Positions 7,450-16,189 of a stretch of 31,143 nucleotides of DNA are shown here, piece by piece. The notes beneath the pieces were generated by a model. The model was not told the DNA's origin. It saw nothing but the letters and a program-made list of their open reading frames with translations, and did no database searches. The position numbers were made by a program, and so were the translations under genes. Source of the DNA: Clostridium sp. SCN 57-10 (GTDB lineage Bacteria > Bacillota > Clostridia > Oscillospirales > Butyricicoccaceae); assembly GCA_001725215.1 (NCBI GenBank), contig MEFT01000007.1:1-31143 (forward strand), in the 5' to 3' direction. The first letter of the stretch is position 1; every line of letters begins with the position of its first letter.

Positions 7450-9013
7450 TCATTTCACCGCGGAAAAAGCGTCGTATTCGATGCCGGCGTCCGCATAGTC
7501 CGGAATGTTGCCGATTCGCCACAGCGAAACGCCGGTAATGCCCATCAGGCGGGCAAGTCGTACCTTGTCACCTACGCTGCGCGCGTCTTCATACCAAAGG
7601 AAAATATCCTGCCCTTCCTCGGTGGTATAGGTCACATACGGGTTGCGGTATTTGTCCGACCAGCCGATGACCGAGCCGGGCTGCGTCAACCTTTTGTATA
7701 TCGTCGAAGGGGCGGGCGTGACGGGCGTGGGGTCGACGAGCTTGCCGTCTTTGATCTTCCAGCCCACACTGCCAAAGCTGAGGGCAAGCGCGAGCTTGCT
7801 GCGGTCGGCAACGCCGGTCTGCGGGTCGGTCAGCGCGCGCAGCGCGTAGTAGATGGCGTTAAACGGCGTAAGCGCGGTCGTTTTGTAATATTCGGTGCCG
7901 ACAAAGCCTACGAGCGACGTTGCCTGATAATCGTGCGCCATCAGAATCACCTTGTCGCACAGTTCGCCGATCGTCTTGTAATCAAAACCGTCATAATAGC
8001 CGGTGGTGGCGACGGGCTGCACGCAGATATAAAGTGTCATGCCCTCAGCCTTGAGGCGCGGAGCAAGCTCGGCAAGAAACGCGTTAAGTCCCTGTTTTGT
8101 CTCCTCGCCGCGCAGCGCTTCAAAGTCAATGGTCACGCCCGCATAGGGGCTTTTGCCCACGCGGTCGTAAACCCGCGTCGCCTTTGAGGTTAAGGGGCGT
8201 GCCGCCCTCCTCCAGATAATTAAGAATGCTCTCGTAAGACGGAGGGATGGAGAAATGGTGCGCGCCGGCCGATGTGTTAAGTACAACGCCGCCCTCTGCG
8301 GAATAGGTGATATAGCTCCAGCCAGCGCTGACGGCGTCCATATCGCGCGTCAAATAGCGCTGGTCGTAGGAGGAAAAGGCGTAGAAGCCGTGCAGCCAGT
8401 CGGTTTGCGCCGTCATGCGCTCGTAAACGCGTACGAGCATGGCGGCCGCTTCCTCGCGCTTGGCGGGGGCGTCGGGCATGAACTGTCCGTTGCCAGTACC
8501 GTTGACCATGCCGATATCATACGCAACGGCAACATAGCCGCAGCTTTCGGTTACGTCGCCGAAGGGCAGCGAGAATTTTTCGGCGCTGTCGGCCAGCTGG
8601 CGATAGCCGAGGGCGCGAACCAGCATCACGGCCATGTCAAGGCGGCGAATCGGCTCGTCCGGCCGGAACGCGCTGCCTTTGTCCAATACGTCGTGCGTCA
8701 GGGCGGTTTCTATGTAAGAGGCATACCATTTGCCCGCGGCAACGTCGCCAAAAGACGGAGCCGACGCGTCCACGCTTTCCCAGCCGAACATGCGGCAAAG
8801 CACGGTGATGAATTCGGCACGTGTAATCGATGCGCCGTAGCCGAATTTGGCGTTGCCCACGCCTTCCATCAGCGTATAGGTAGCGGCTTTGTCGATAATG
8901 GTGCGCGCCCAGCTGCCTTGCGGCACATCGGAATAGTCGGCGGCGCGGACGGGGGCGGGCAGCGCACCGAGCAGCATAAGCAGCACGAGCGCAAGGGCGG
9001 AAACGCGTTTCAT
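7450..9013 (-). pseudogene. SLH-domain plus GH18 glycosyl hydrolase, frameshifted at about 8185
   Basis: The 5' part (9013 to ~8186) has a signal peptide, three SLH repeats (ITRAEF, IRRLDMA, AKREEAA) and the start of a TIM barrel. The 3' part, in another frame, has GVTIDFE, DKVILMAHDY, WYEDARS and GVSLWRIG, all GH18 motifs. Confidence 0.8.
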
Positions 9014-9055
9014 AAAGGGCTCCTTTCACACGGTAAACCAAAAAACAACGCAAAT

Positions 9056-9084
9056 ATTATATCGTGCGGCTTAGCGGTTGTCAA
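9056..9084 (-). promoter_or_regulatory. Perfect-consensus SigA promoter for SLH-GH18
   Basis: TTGACA-ACCGCTAAGCCGCACGA(17)-TATAAT. Confidence 0.8.
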
Positions 9085-9106
9085 ACCAAGTCGATTTTGT
9101 TATCAT
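9078..9106 (+). promoter_or_regulatory. SigA promoter (extended -10) for the dGTPase-like operon
   Basis: TTGTCA-N17-TATCAT with TG at the extended -10 position. Confidence 0.65.
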
Positions 9107-9132
9107 AGTAAAAAACGGAAAAGGAGAACACG

Positions 9133-10356
9133 ATGCCGCTTCAATACCGCCGGCTTTCCGACGAGCTTTGCGCCCGCCTGCAAAGCGATCGCGCACGACA
9201 CGCGGAAAATCCGTACCGCACCGACGACGCGCAGGCGCTGCGCCGCGATGAGACACGCTCCCGCCCGCAGCCGTGGCGCACCGCATTCGCGCGTGACGTC
9301 GAGGCGATTCTGCACAGCCCCTATTACAACCGCTATGCCGATAAAACGCAGGTGTTTTCGTTTTACCGTAACGACGACATCACGCGGCGCGCTTTGCATG
9401 TGCAGCTTGTGTCGCGCACGGCCCGCACCATCGGGGCGGTGCTCGGACTCAACCTCGACCTCATCGAGGCCATCGCCCTCGGGCACGACATGGGTCATAC
9501 GCCGTTCGGCCATGCGGGTGAGCGCTGCTTAAGCGAGCTTCTATACGCGCACACCGGGCGCGTCTTTTCACATAACGCGCACAGCGTGCGCGTGCTTGAT
9601 ACCATATTTGCACGCAACCTTGCCATACAGACGCTTGACGGCATCCTGTGCCACAACGGCGAAATCGAATGCCGCGAATACCGCCCGGCAGCCACGCACG
9701 GGTTTGACGTGCTCGACGCACAGCTCGCGCAATGCGGCGCGTCGGAGCACGCGTCGGCGGAACTGACGCCGATGACGCTTGAGGGCTGTGTTGTGCGTAT
9801 ATGCGATATCATCGCATACCTCGGCAAAGACCGGCAGGATGCGCAGCGTGCTCACCTGCCGTATGACGACACGCAGTTCAGCGGCGGCGCGCTCGGCACA
9901 GAGAACGCCGAAATCATTAATAATATGACAGTGAGCATTCTGGAAAACAGCTATGGGCGCGGTTATATTGGTATGGATGAGGACACGTTTGCCGCGTTGA
10001 CGACGGCAAAGCGTGAAAATTACAAGCTGATCTATCAGCAGGAAGCCATCGTGCGGCAGTATGACGAGGTGATCCGCCCGATGTTTAAGCAGCTTTACAC
10101 GCGTCTGCGCACCGATCTGCTGGCGGGCGACCGAAACGCTGTGATCTTCCGCCACCACGTCGATTTCGTCGAGCGCAACCGTCTTTTTTATGGGGCGGCG
10201 CGCCCTTATCTGGAGGAGACGCCGGACGATATCGTCGTCGATTACCTTGCGAGCATGACGGACGATTATTTCCTTGACCTGTACGCGCACCTGTTTCCCG
10301 GCAGCGCACTTCACGTTGACTATATTTCCTACTTTGACGATAAATGGAAGGAATAG
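9133..10356 (+). CDS. dgt: HD-domain dGTP triphosphohydrolase-family protein
   Basis: RTAFARDVEAILHSPYYNRYADKTQVF, RRALHVQLVS, ALGHDMGHTPFGHAGE, CDIIAY, DYLASMTD. RBS AAAGGAG; ends TAG. Confidence 0.88.
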   Translation: MPLQYRRLSDELCARLQSDRARHAENPYRTDDAQALRRDETRSRPQPWRTAFARDVEAILHSPYYNRYADKTQVFSFYRNDDITRRALHVQLVSRTARTIGAVLGLNLDLIEAIALGHDMGHTPFGHAGERCLSELLYAHTGRVFSHNAHSVRVLDTIFARNLAIQTLDGILCHNGEIECREYRPAATHGFDVLDAQLAQCGASEHASAELTPMTLEGCVVRICDIIAYLGKDRQDAQRAHLPYDDTQFSGGALGTENAEIINNMTVSILENSYGRGYIGMDEDTFAALTTAKRENYKLIYQQEAIVRQYDEVIRPMFKQLYTRLRTDLLAGDRNAVIFRHHVDFVERNRLFYGAARPYLEETPDDIVVDYLASMTDDYFLDLYAHLFPGSALHVDYISYFDDKWKE

Positions 10357-10360
10357 GCGT

Positions 10361-11305
10361 ATGAATAAGGTGCGATTTAAAACGCTGCGCGGCTGGATGT
10401 ATCGCAATGCGCGCCCGCTTGATTTGGCGCGATGGCGCTATCACTTTGAGCAGGGAACGCAGGAGGAAGTACTGCGCGCGCTTGCCGCCTATCAAAACGC
10501 GGACGGCGGCTTCGGCCACGCGCTTGAGCCAGATGCGTGGAACCCTCATTCGTCGCCCATCCAAACATGGACGGCAACGGAGATTTTGCGCGAGATCGGC
10601 TTTGCCGACGCGGCTCACCCGATGATCGCTGGCATTTTGTGCTATCTGGCAAGCGGCAGGGACTTTGACGGTCAATTTTGGTATACCTCCGTCACGAGCA
10701 ACAACGATTATCCCCACGCGCAGTGGTGGCACGCCGAGGGCGACAGCACATGGAACGGAGACGACAACCCGACGGCGTGCCTCGCGGGCTTTCTGCTGCG
10801 CTTTGCCGAGCGGGGAAGCGAAGCGAACGCCCTAGGCCTGCGTGTGGCACAGCAGGCGGCCGAGCGGCTGCTGCACGGCACACGCGAAAGCGATATGCAC
10901 ACGCTTGCGTGCTACATCCGCTTGACGGAATATGCCGAGCAGGCGGGCGCCCACGCGCTGCCGCTTGCGGCGATGAAAGAACGGCTGCGTACGCTTGTCG
11001 GCGCATGCATCACGCACGACACCGCCGCGTGGGAGGATTCGTATATCTGCAAACCGTCGCAGCTCTTTATGACGCGCGACAGCATTTTTTACCCCCGCAA
11101 CGCGGAAATCGCGGTGTATGAATGTGAGTTTATCACCAAAACGCAGCTGGAAGACGGCACCTGGAGCATCCCCTGGAGCTGGGATGCTTACCCCGACGCA
11201 TGGGCAGTCAGCAAAAACTGGTGGAAGGCCAACGGTGCGATTTTGAACCTGCGTTATTTGAGGGGTATGGGCGAATGGGAAGTGGCTTGTGATTGCAACG
11301 AATAG
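10361..11305 (+). CDS. Conserved hypothetical protein with a prenyltransferase/squalene-cyclase-like alpha/alpha-toroid repeat
   Basis: ATG 4 nt after the dgt stop. NARPLDLAR...LAAYQNADGGFGHALEPD and QLEDGTW resemble QW-type repeats. Confidence 0.7.
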   Translation: MNKVRFKTLRGWMYRNARPLDLARWRYHFEQGTQEEVLRALAAYQNADGGFGHALEPDAWNPHSSPIQTWTATEILREIGFADAAHPMIAGILCYLASGRDFDGQFWYTSVTSNNDYPHAQWWHAEGDSTWNGDDNPTACLAGFLLRFAERGSEANALGLRVAQQAAERLLHGTRESDMHTLACYIRLTEYAEQAGAHALPLAAMKERLRTLVGACITHDTAAWEDSYICKPSQLFMTRDSIFYPRNAEIAVYECEFITKTQLEDGTWSIPWSWDAYPDAWAVSKNWWKANGAILNLRYLRGMGEWEVACDCNE

Positions 11306-11317
11306 CCAAGTATGAAC

Positions 11318-11349
11318 AAAACCGCGCAGCAAACGCTGTGCGGTTTTTT
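11318..11349. terminator. Bidirectional intrinsic terminator
   Basis: AAAACCGCGCAGC-aaac-GCTGTGCGGTTTTT between convergent genes. Confidence 0.8.
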
Positions 11350-11354
11350 GCTTA

Positions 11355-12104
11355 CTATGCGAATGTCATCGTGCAGCAGAAGCGTGGCTCGTCTGCGCAG
11401 ACGCCTTCGATATACGCGCTGTCCTGCTCGATCACGCCGCGCAGCGTGAGAACTTCGCCGCGCAGCGTTTCCTTCAGGTAGTTAATCGAAAAATCGCGCA
11501 CGTCGCGTAGCTGGTATGCCTCCGGCAGGCAGTCGACGGCGATCGATGCGTACTGCGCGCTGTAAAGATGCCCGTTGCCGTCGAGATCAGAAAAGCGGAT
11601 CTCACGCGTGCCGAGCGGCGCAGGCGTCTGTGCCGGCGCGGCGATTTTAGCGCACGGCGGGCAGTCGGGCGCGGGTCCTTCGTCGGCAAAAGCGCGCAGC
11701 GTAAACGACGGGGGGCGGCGCAGCCTGCGCGTTTCGGGGTCGATGATGAGCCACGCGCTCGCGGCCGATACGCACAAAGCGCCTGCTCGGTCATACAGTG
11801 CATACTCGCGCCGCGTAAACGCGCCCGCGATGCCGTGCTCCCAGGTTCGTATGGTCAGCACGTCATAGGGCAGCGGCGTGCGGTGCACGCGCATCGAAAG
11901 GCGGGAGAGCAGAAAAGCACAGCCGTTTGCAAACAAAACCGGGCGGGGCAGTCCCCGCGCTTCATAGTCGCGCCCGGCTGTATCGGCCAGATCATGCAGC
12001 AGTGCGGCGAGCTTGGCCCGCTCGTTCGCCTTACAGTCGTAGAATGAAAACTCGACGTCGCGGCAGAATACCTCGCCGTCAAGCCATGTATGCAGACAGT
12101 CCAA
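11355..12104 (-). CDS. Acyl-ACP thioesterase (FatA-like, double hotdog fold)
   Basis: FYDCKANERAKL, SAWLIIDPETRRLRRP, IRFSDLDGNGHL, INYLKET. The likely start is TTG 12104 after AAGGAG; promoter-like TTGCCA-N17-TACACT at 12158-12130. Confidence 0.85.
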   Translation of the reverse strand: MDCLHTWLDGEVFCRDVEFSFYDCKANERAKLAALLHDLADTAGRDYEARGLPRPVLFANGCAFLLSRLSMRVHRTPLPYDVLTIRTWEHGIAGAFTRREYALYDRAGALCVSAASAWLIIDPETRRLRRPPSFTLRAFADEGPAPDCPPCAKIAAPAQTPAPLGTREIRFSDLDGNGHLYSAQYASIAVDCLPEAYQLRDVRDFSINYLKETLRGEVLTLRGVIEQDSAYIEGVCADEPRFCCTMTFA

Positions 12105-12208
12105 GCAATCATCTCCTTTGCGCTTGTTTAGTGTAGCACAGGCGGAGGGAAATGGCAACGTCGCGCCATAATGTGCCCGGCAGCCTTGCGGGAAGAGGAG
12201 GCGCGCAC

Positions 12209-12237
12209 TTGACATAAGCATACGGAAGTGGAATAAT
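12209..12237 (+). promoter_or_regulatory. SigA-type promoter for the rocB-like gene
   Basis: TTGACA-N17-AATAAT with a TG extension. Confidence 0.55.
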
Positions 12238-12303
12238 GGCACCGTAGACAGAACGCTGTCGCAAATCGCTTGGGAAAGAAATGATACGCAAGGAGTGGAA
12301 AAT

Positions 12304-13965
12304 ATGTCTGTGCAATCTTACGAAGAGGTAAAGGAGCTGACGCGCAAGCTCGTCGCGATTCCCAGCATCGTTCGCGCACCGGGTGGAGAAACCAACTGCG
12401 CCAGGGCGATTGATTCCTACTATGGAAACCTTCCCTATTTTCAGAAAAATCCCACGCAGTTTAAGATGTTTCAAACTGTAGACGATTCGGTGGTGCGCCA
12501 TTCGACCTATGCCTATGTCAAAGGCACGAAGGGCAATTCAAACAAAACGGTCATCCTCATTGGCCACATCGACACGGTGGGCGTCGACGACTATATGAAA
12601 TATAAAGAGTACGCGTTCCGTACGGACGAGCTGCCCGCCATTCTCAAAGAGAAGATGCACGTCAGCGAAGAGGTGCTGCGCGATATCGACAGCGGCGAGT
12701 ATATGTTCGGCAGAGGCACGCTTGACATGAAGTCGGGCGTTGCGGGGCATATGTTTCTCATCAAATATTTCTCCGAGCACCCCGAAGAGCTGTGCGGCAA
12801 CCTCATCGCCATCGCGGAGTGCGACGAGGAGGATAACTCGCATGGCATCATTTCGGCGCTTTACGAGCTGGAGGAGCTGAAAAAGCGCGAAGGCTTTGAG
12901 TATATCGCCTGCATCAACGCCGACTATACGACCGATTACTACCCCGGTGACCCCAACCGGTATGTATACCTCGGCAGCATCGGCAAGCTGCTGCCCTCGT
13001 TCTATGCCGTGGGCAAGGAAACGCACGTCGGGCAGTCGTTCGGCGGACTTGACCCCAACCTGCTTCTTGCTGAAATCACGCGCAACTTTTCGCTGAACAC
13101 CGAGCTGTGCGACGAAGCACACGGCGAGGTGACCGTGCCGCCCATCTCGCTCAAGCAGAGCGATTTCAAAGACGGCTATACGGTGCAGACGGCGCTTGCC
13201 GCCTATTCGTATTTCAACTTCTTCACTTACAGCATGTCGCCCATCGACGTCATGCAAAAGACGAAGGAGGTTGCCGTGCGCTCCTTTGACAACGTGGTGG
13301 GCTATCTCAACACGGAATATCAAAAATACTGTGCCAAGCTGGGCGTAGACTACACGCCGCTGCCGTGGAAAACGCGTGTTTATACTTGGGAAGAGCTTTA
13401 CGCCGAGCTGGCCGCCGAACACGGCGAGTTGTTTACGGCGCACATCGCGCGCTTTGCCGCAAACCTGAACCAGGCCGAGCCCGAGCTTGATATGCGCGTG
13501 TTCAGCGTAAAGGTCATCGAGGAGGCGTGGACCTTCTTAAAGGACAAGTCGCCCGCCGTCGTCATTTTCTTCGGCTCGGTGTTCTCGGCGCGTATTGAAG
13601 TCACGGGTAAAAACGAGAAGGAAGCGGCGCTCAAATCGGCGCTTGAGCACGCCGTGCACACCGTGCAGCCCGACTGCAAAAACCCCATCAACATCAAGAT
13701 GTTCTATCCGTATATCGCCGACTCAAGCTTTATGGCGATCAGCGACGACATGGCGTCCATCGAATCGCTGCTCAACAATATGCCGGCAAATAAGACGAAG
13801 CATCATTACCCCATCGACCAGATCATGCAGATCAATGTTCCCGTCGTCAACATCGGCACACAGGGCAAGGACGGGCATAAACTGACCGAGCGTGTCAATA
13901 TGCGCTACACGTTTGACAACGTGCCCAATATGACGTATGAAGTCGTCAAGCAGCTGCTGAAGTAA
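12304..13965 (+). CDS. rocB: RocB-like M20/M25/M40 metallohydrolase
   Basis: ILIGHIDTVGVDDY, FGRGTLDMKSG, CDEED, YLGSIGKLLP, GKETHVG, GKDGHKLTER are typical of arginine utilization protein RocB. Start at ATG 12304 (GTG 12295 is the alternative). Confidence 0.8.
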   Translation: MSVQSYEEVKELTRKLVAIPSIVRAPGGETNCARAIDSYYGNLPYFQKNPTQFKMFQTVDDSVVRHSTYAYVKGTKGNSNKTVILIGHIDTVGVDDYMKYKEYAFRTDELPAILKEKMHVSEEVLRDIDSGEYMFGRGTLDMKSGVAGHMFLIKYFSEHPEELCGNLIAIAECDEEDNSHGIISALYELEELKKREGFEYIACINADYTTDYYPGDPNRYVYLGSIGKLLPSFYAVGKETHVGQSFGGLDPNLLLAEITRNFSLNTELCDEAHGEVTVPPISLKQSDFKDGYTVQTALAAYSYFNFFTYSMSPIDVMQKTKEVAVRSFDNVVGYLNTEYQKYCAKLGVDYTPLPWKTRVYTWEELYAELAAEHGELFTAHIARFAANLNQAEPELDMRVFSVKVIEEAWTFLKDKSPAVVIFFGSVFSARIEVTGKNEKEAALKSALEHAVHTVQPDCKNPINIKMFYPYIADSSFMAISDDMASIESLLNNMPANKTKHHYPIDQIMQINVPVVNIGTQGKDGHKLTERVNMRYTFDNVPNMTYEVVKQLLK

Positions 13966-13972
13966 AGTGCAA

Positions 13973-14004
13973 AAAGCCCGCCTTGCAAGGCGGGCTTTAA
14001 TTTT
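13973..14004 (+). terminator. Intrinsic terminator
   Basis: AAAGCCCGCCT-tgca-AGGCGGGCTTT-aatttt. Confidence 0.8.
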
Positions 14005-14151
14005 GCGCCGATTATATGCGCCGAGCTTCGGTTACTTAATAGGATATGAAAATGTTGACAGTTAATATTTATTATGATAATTTTGGACAAAAATAATAAA
14101 AATGGGAAATAAAATCTTTTTTACTATTAATAGCATGGGGGGAGGAAGTTT

Positions 14152-16147
14152 ATGAAAGAAAAGCGCGTAATTCTTATGGCATTGGCTATAGCGCTTATTC
14201 TCTTTTCCGGCTGCGTGCGCGACGGCGCGGATGTGCCGCCCGATACGGCCGCGCCGCAAGCTGAAATCAGCCTTGAGCAGGAGGTAATTGATACGCTGTG
14301 CACGCCAGAAATGCGCGGACGGCTTGTCGGCTCGGCGGAAAATCTTGCGGCGGGTGAGTACATAGCTTCCGTTTTTGCCGATTTAGGGCTGGCACCGCTG
14401 CTTGGCAGCAGCGTTGCCGTGCCATATGAGCAGGATATTGTCAATGTTGAGCAAGCCGAGCCGCAGCTTACGGCGCATTTTGCCGACGGAAGCAGCCGTG
14501 CGCTTGTCTTCGGCAGCGAGTTTTCATTTTCACTTGCGGAGGGAGCCATCGGCCGAGTCGATTTACATCGGTGTGGCGATTGGCGAAACACAAGCAGCGC
14601 TGCCGGCATATCTCGTCAATCGAGTCAAAGCCGGCTCTGTGGAGATGTTCAACACAAGCGAAAAGGCAAATAACCGCATTAGTATTGAGCAAGGCGTAAT
14701 GGACGAGCTGACGAGTGCGGGGCTTGACGCGTTTTCGTTTTCGTGCCGCGACGTGCGCGTGCCGTCTACTCAGAATAACTATATCGGCGTGATCAAAGGC
14801 GAAGACAGCACACGCGCCGCCATCATTGGCGCGCATTTTGACGCGGCGGGCGCAAACGGAGACATCTATTCGGCGGGTGCGGTTGACAACGCTTCGGGGG
14901 TTGCCATGATGCTCGGCGCGGCGCAGCGTCTGTGCGAAGGGGGAACACCCGCGATTGACATTGTGATTTGTGCGTTTAACGGGGAGGAAGACGATTTGCG
15001 CGGCAGCGCCGCCGTGGCGCAGGATATTACCGCGCAATATGAGGCGAGCTATTATGTGAATATCGACTGTGTCGGGCTGCTGCAAGGCGGCGCATATCGC
15101 TATACTACCGATGAACAAACGCCGCTTGCGCAGGCCTTTGCGGCGGCGCTTACCTCGGCAGGGTATGCCGTGCTTCCCGATGCGGCGGGAGCCAGCGATT
15201 GGATCTCCTTCGATGGCGCGCGGATACCGGTGGTAGCGCTCGACCAGCCGTCTTTTCTTGCTGTTTATCATACGACGGACGACCGCCCGGTGGCGCTTGA
15301 CGTTGCGGAGCTTGAGAGGCTATCCGCCTTTTTGGCGGGCTTTGTGCGCAGCGGCGGCGACAATGCTTATGGGAAGAGCGAGCACGCGGATGGGGTAAAC
15401 GATGCAGAGCGCGCCGTCACCGACAAGGAACGAGCGCAGCGCGCGCAGCTGGTAGAAGAGCTGGGGCTTGATTTTGATGAGCATTATAGCTATGAGCTTG
15501 ACGGCTATTATATTTCCCTATCGGGCAATCGACCGGTGCACACGGCGGCCGAACTGAAGGTTTTTTATCCGTGGGTTGAGGCACGCGATGAGTTGGGTCC
15601 GTTCACGCTGCGCGAGGTAATCGGCGTTGACATGGAGACCAATTCGCCGTTTTCGGTGAGCGACGTGCAAACTGTGGCTGGGCCGGCGCGCGGCAGCACG
15701 GAGATTTCACCCATGCCGCTCAACGAGGTCGTGCGCCTTGCGCCCGGCGCGCTTGACACTTATGATTTTGTCTATGAAGACAAAACAGGCAGATTGGTTT
15801 ATCTTTTCGTCGTGCGAAGCAATGCGGAGCGATGGTCGAGGGTTTCTGCCGGTTGCGTGCCGCTCGTGTGGGAAGACGGAACGGCGGTTGAGCATGTCTA
15901 TTACACGCCGCGGAAGGACAGCGCTGAGCTTTACGACATGTACTATTACACCGGCGGCGATTTCCATGTACAGATCATGGAGTTTGACTTAAGTAACCCG
16001 ATGAACGAAGATAACGGCGGCGTCACGCGGTACGGCAGCAAAGCACTGTCGCCGCAGCAGGCGGCTGAGCTGATCGAGCAGCTTGCGCTTGCGGACAAAG
16101 AGGACTATTTCTCCGCGCTGCTGCGCGACCCAGAAAAAATTGATTAA
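14152..16147 (+). pseudogene. M28-family peptidase lipoprotein, frameshifted near 14546-14554
   Basis: Frame 1 has the lipobox FSGC and EMRGRLVGSAENLAAGEYI. Frame 2 has IIGAHFD, GAVDNASG, FNGEE, NIDCVG and YHTTDD. The two halves form one M28 architecture. RBS GGAGG at the 14152 start. Confidence 0.75.
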
Positions 16148-16189
16148 AAAAGCAGGGCGGGATTTGCCTAAATCCCGCCCTGCTTTTTT
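16146..16189. terminator. Bidirectional intrinsic terminator
   Basis: 20-bp perfect stem AAAAAAGCAGGGCGGGATTT-gcct-AAATCCCGCCCTGCTTTTTT. Confidence 0.9.

Noticed and set aside
8175-8195. Programmed frameshifting in SLH-GH18 or glnS
   Set aside because: There is no convincing slippery heptamer or stimulatory structure, and conserved protein segments are missing at both junctions, so a slip would not restore a full protein.
9133-10356. Anti-phage defence island
   Set aside because: No other defence or mobility genes are adjacent, and the sequence resembles the widespread housekeeping dGTPase-like family.
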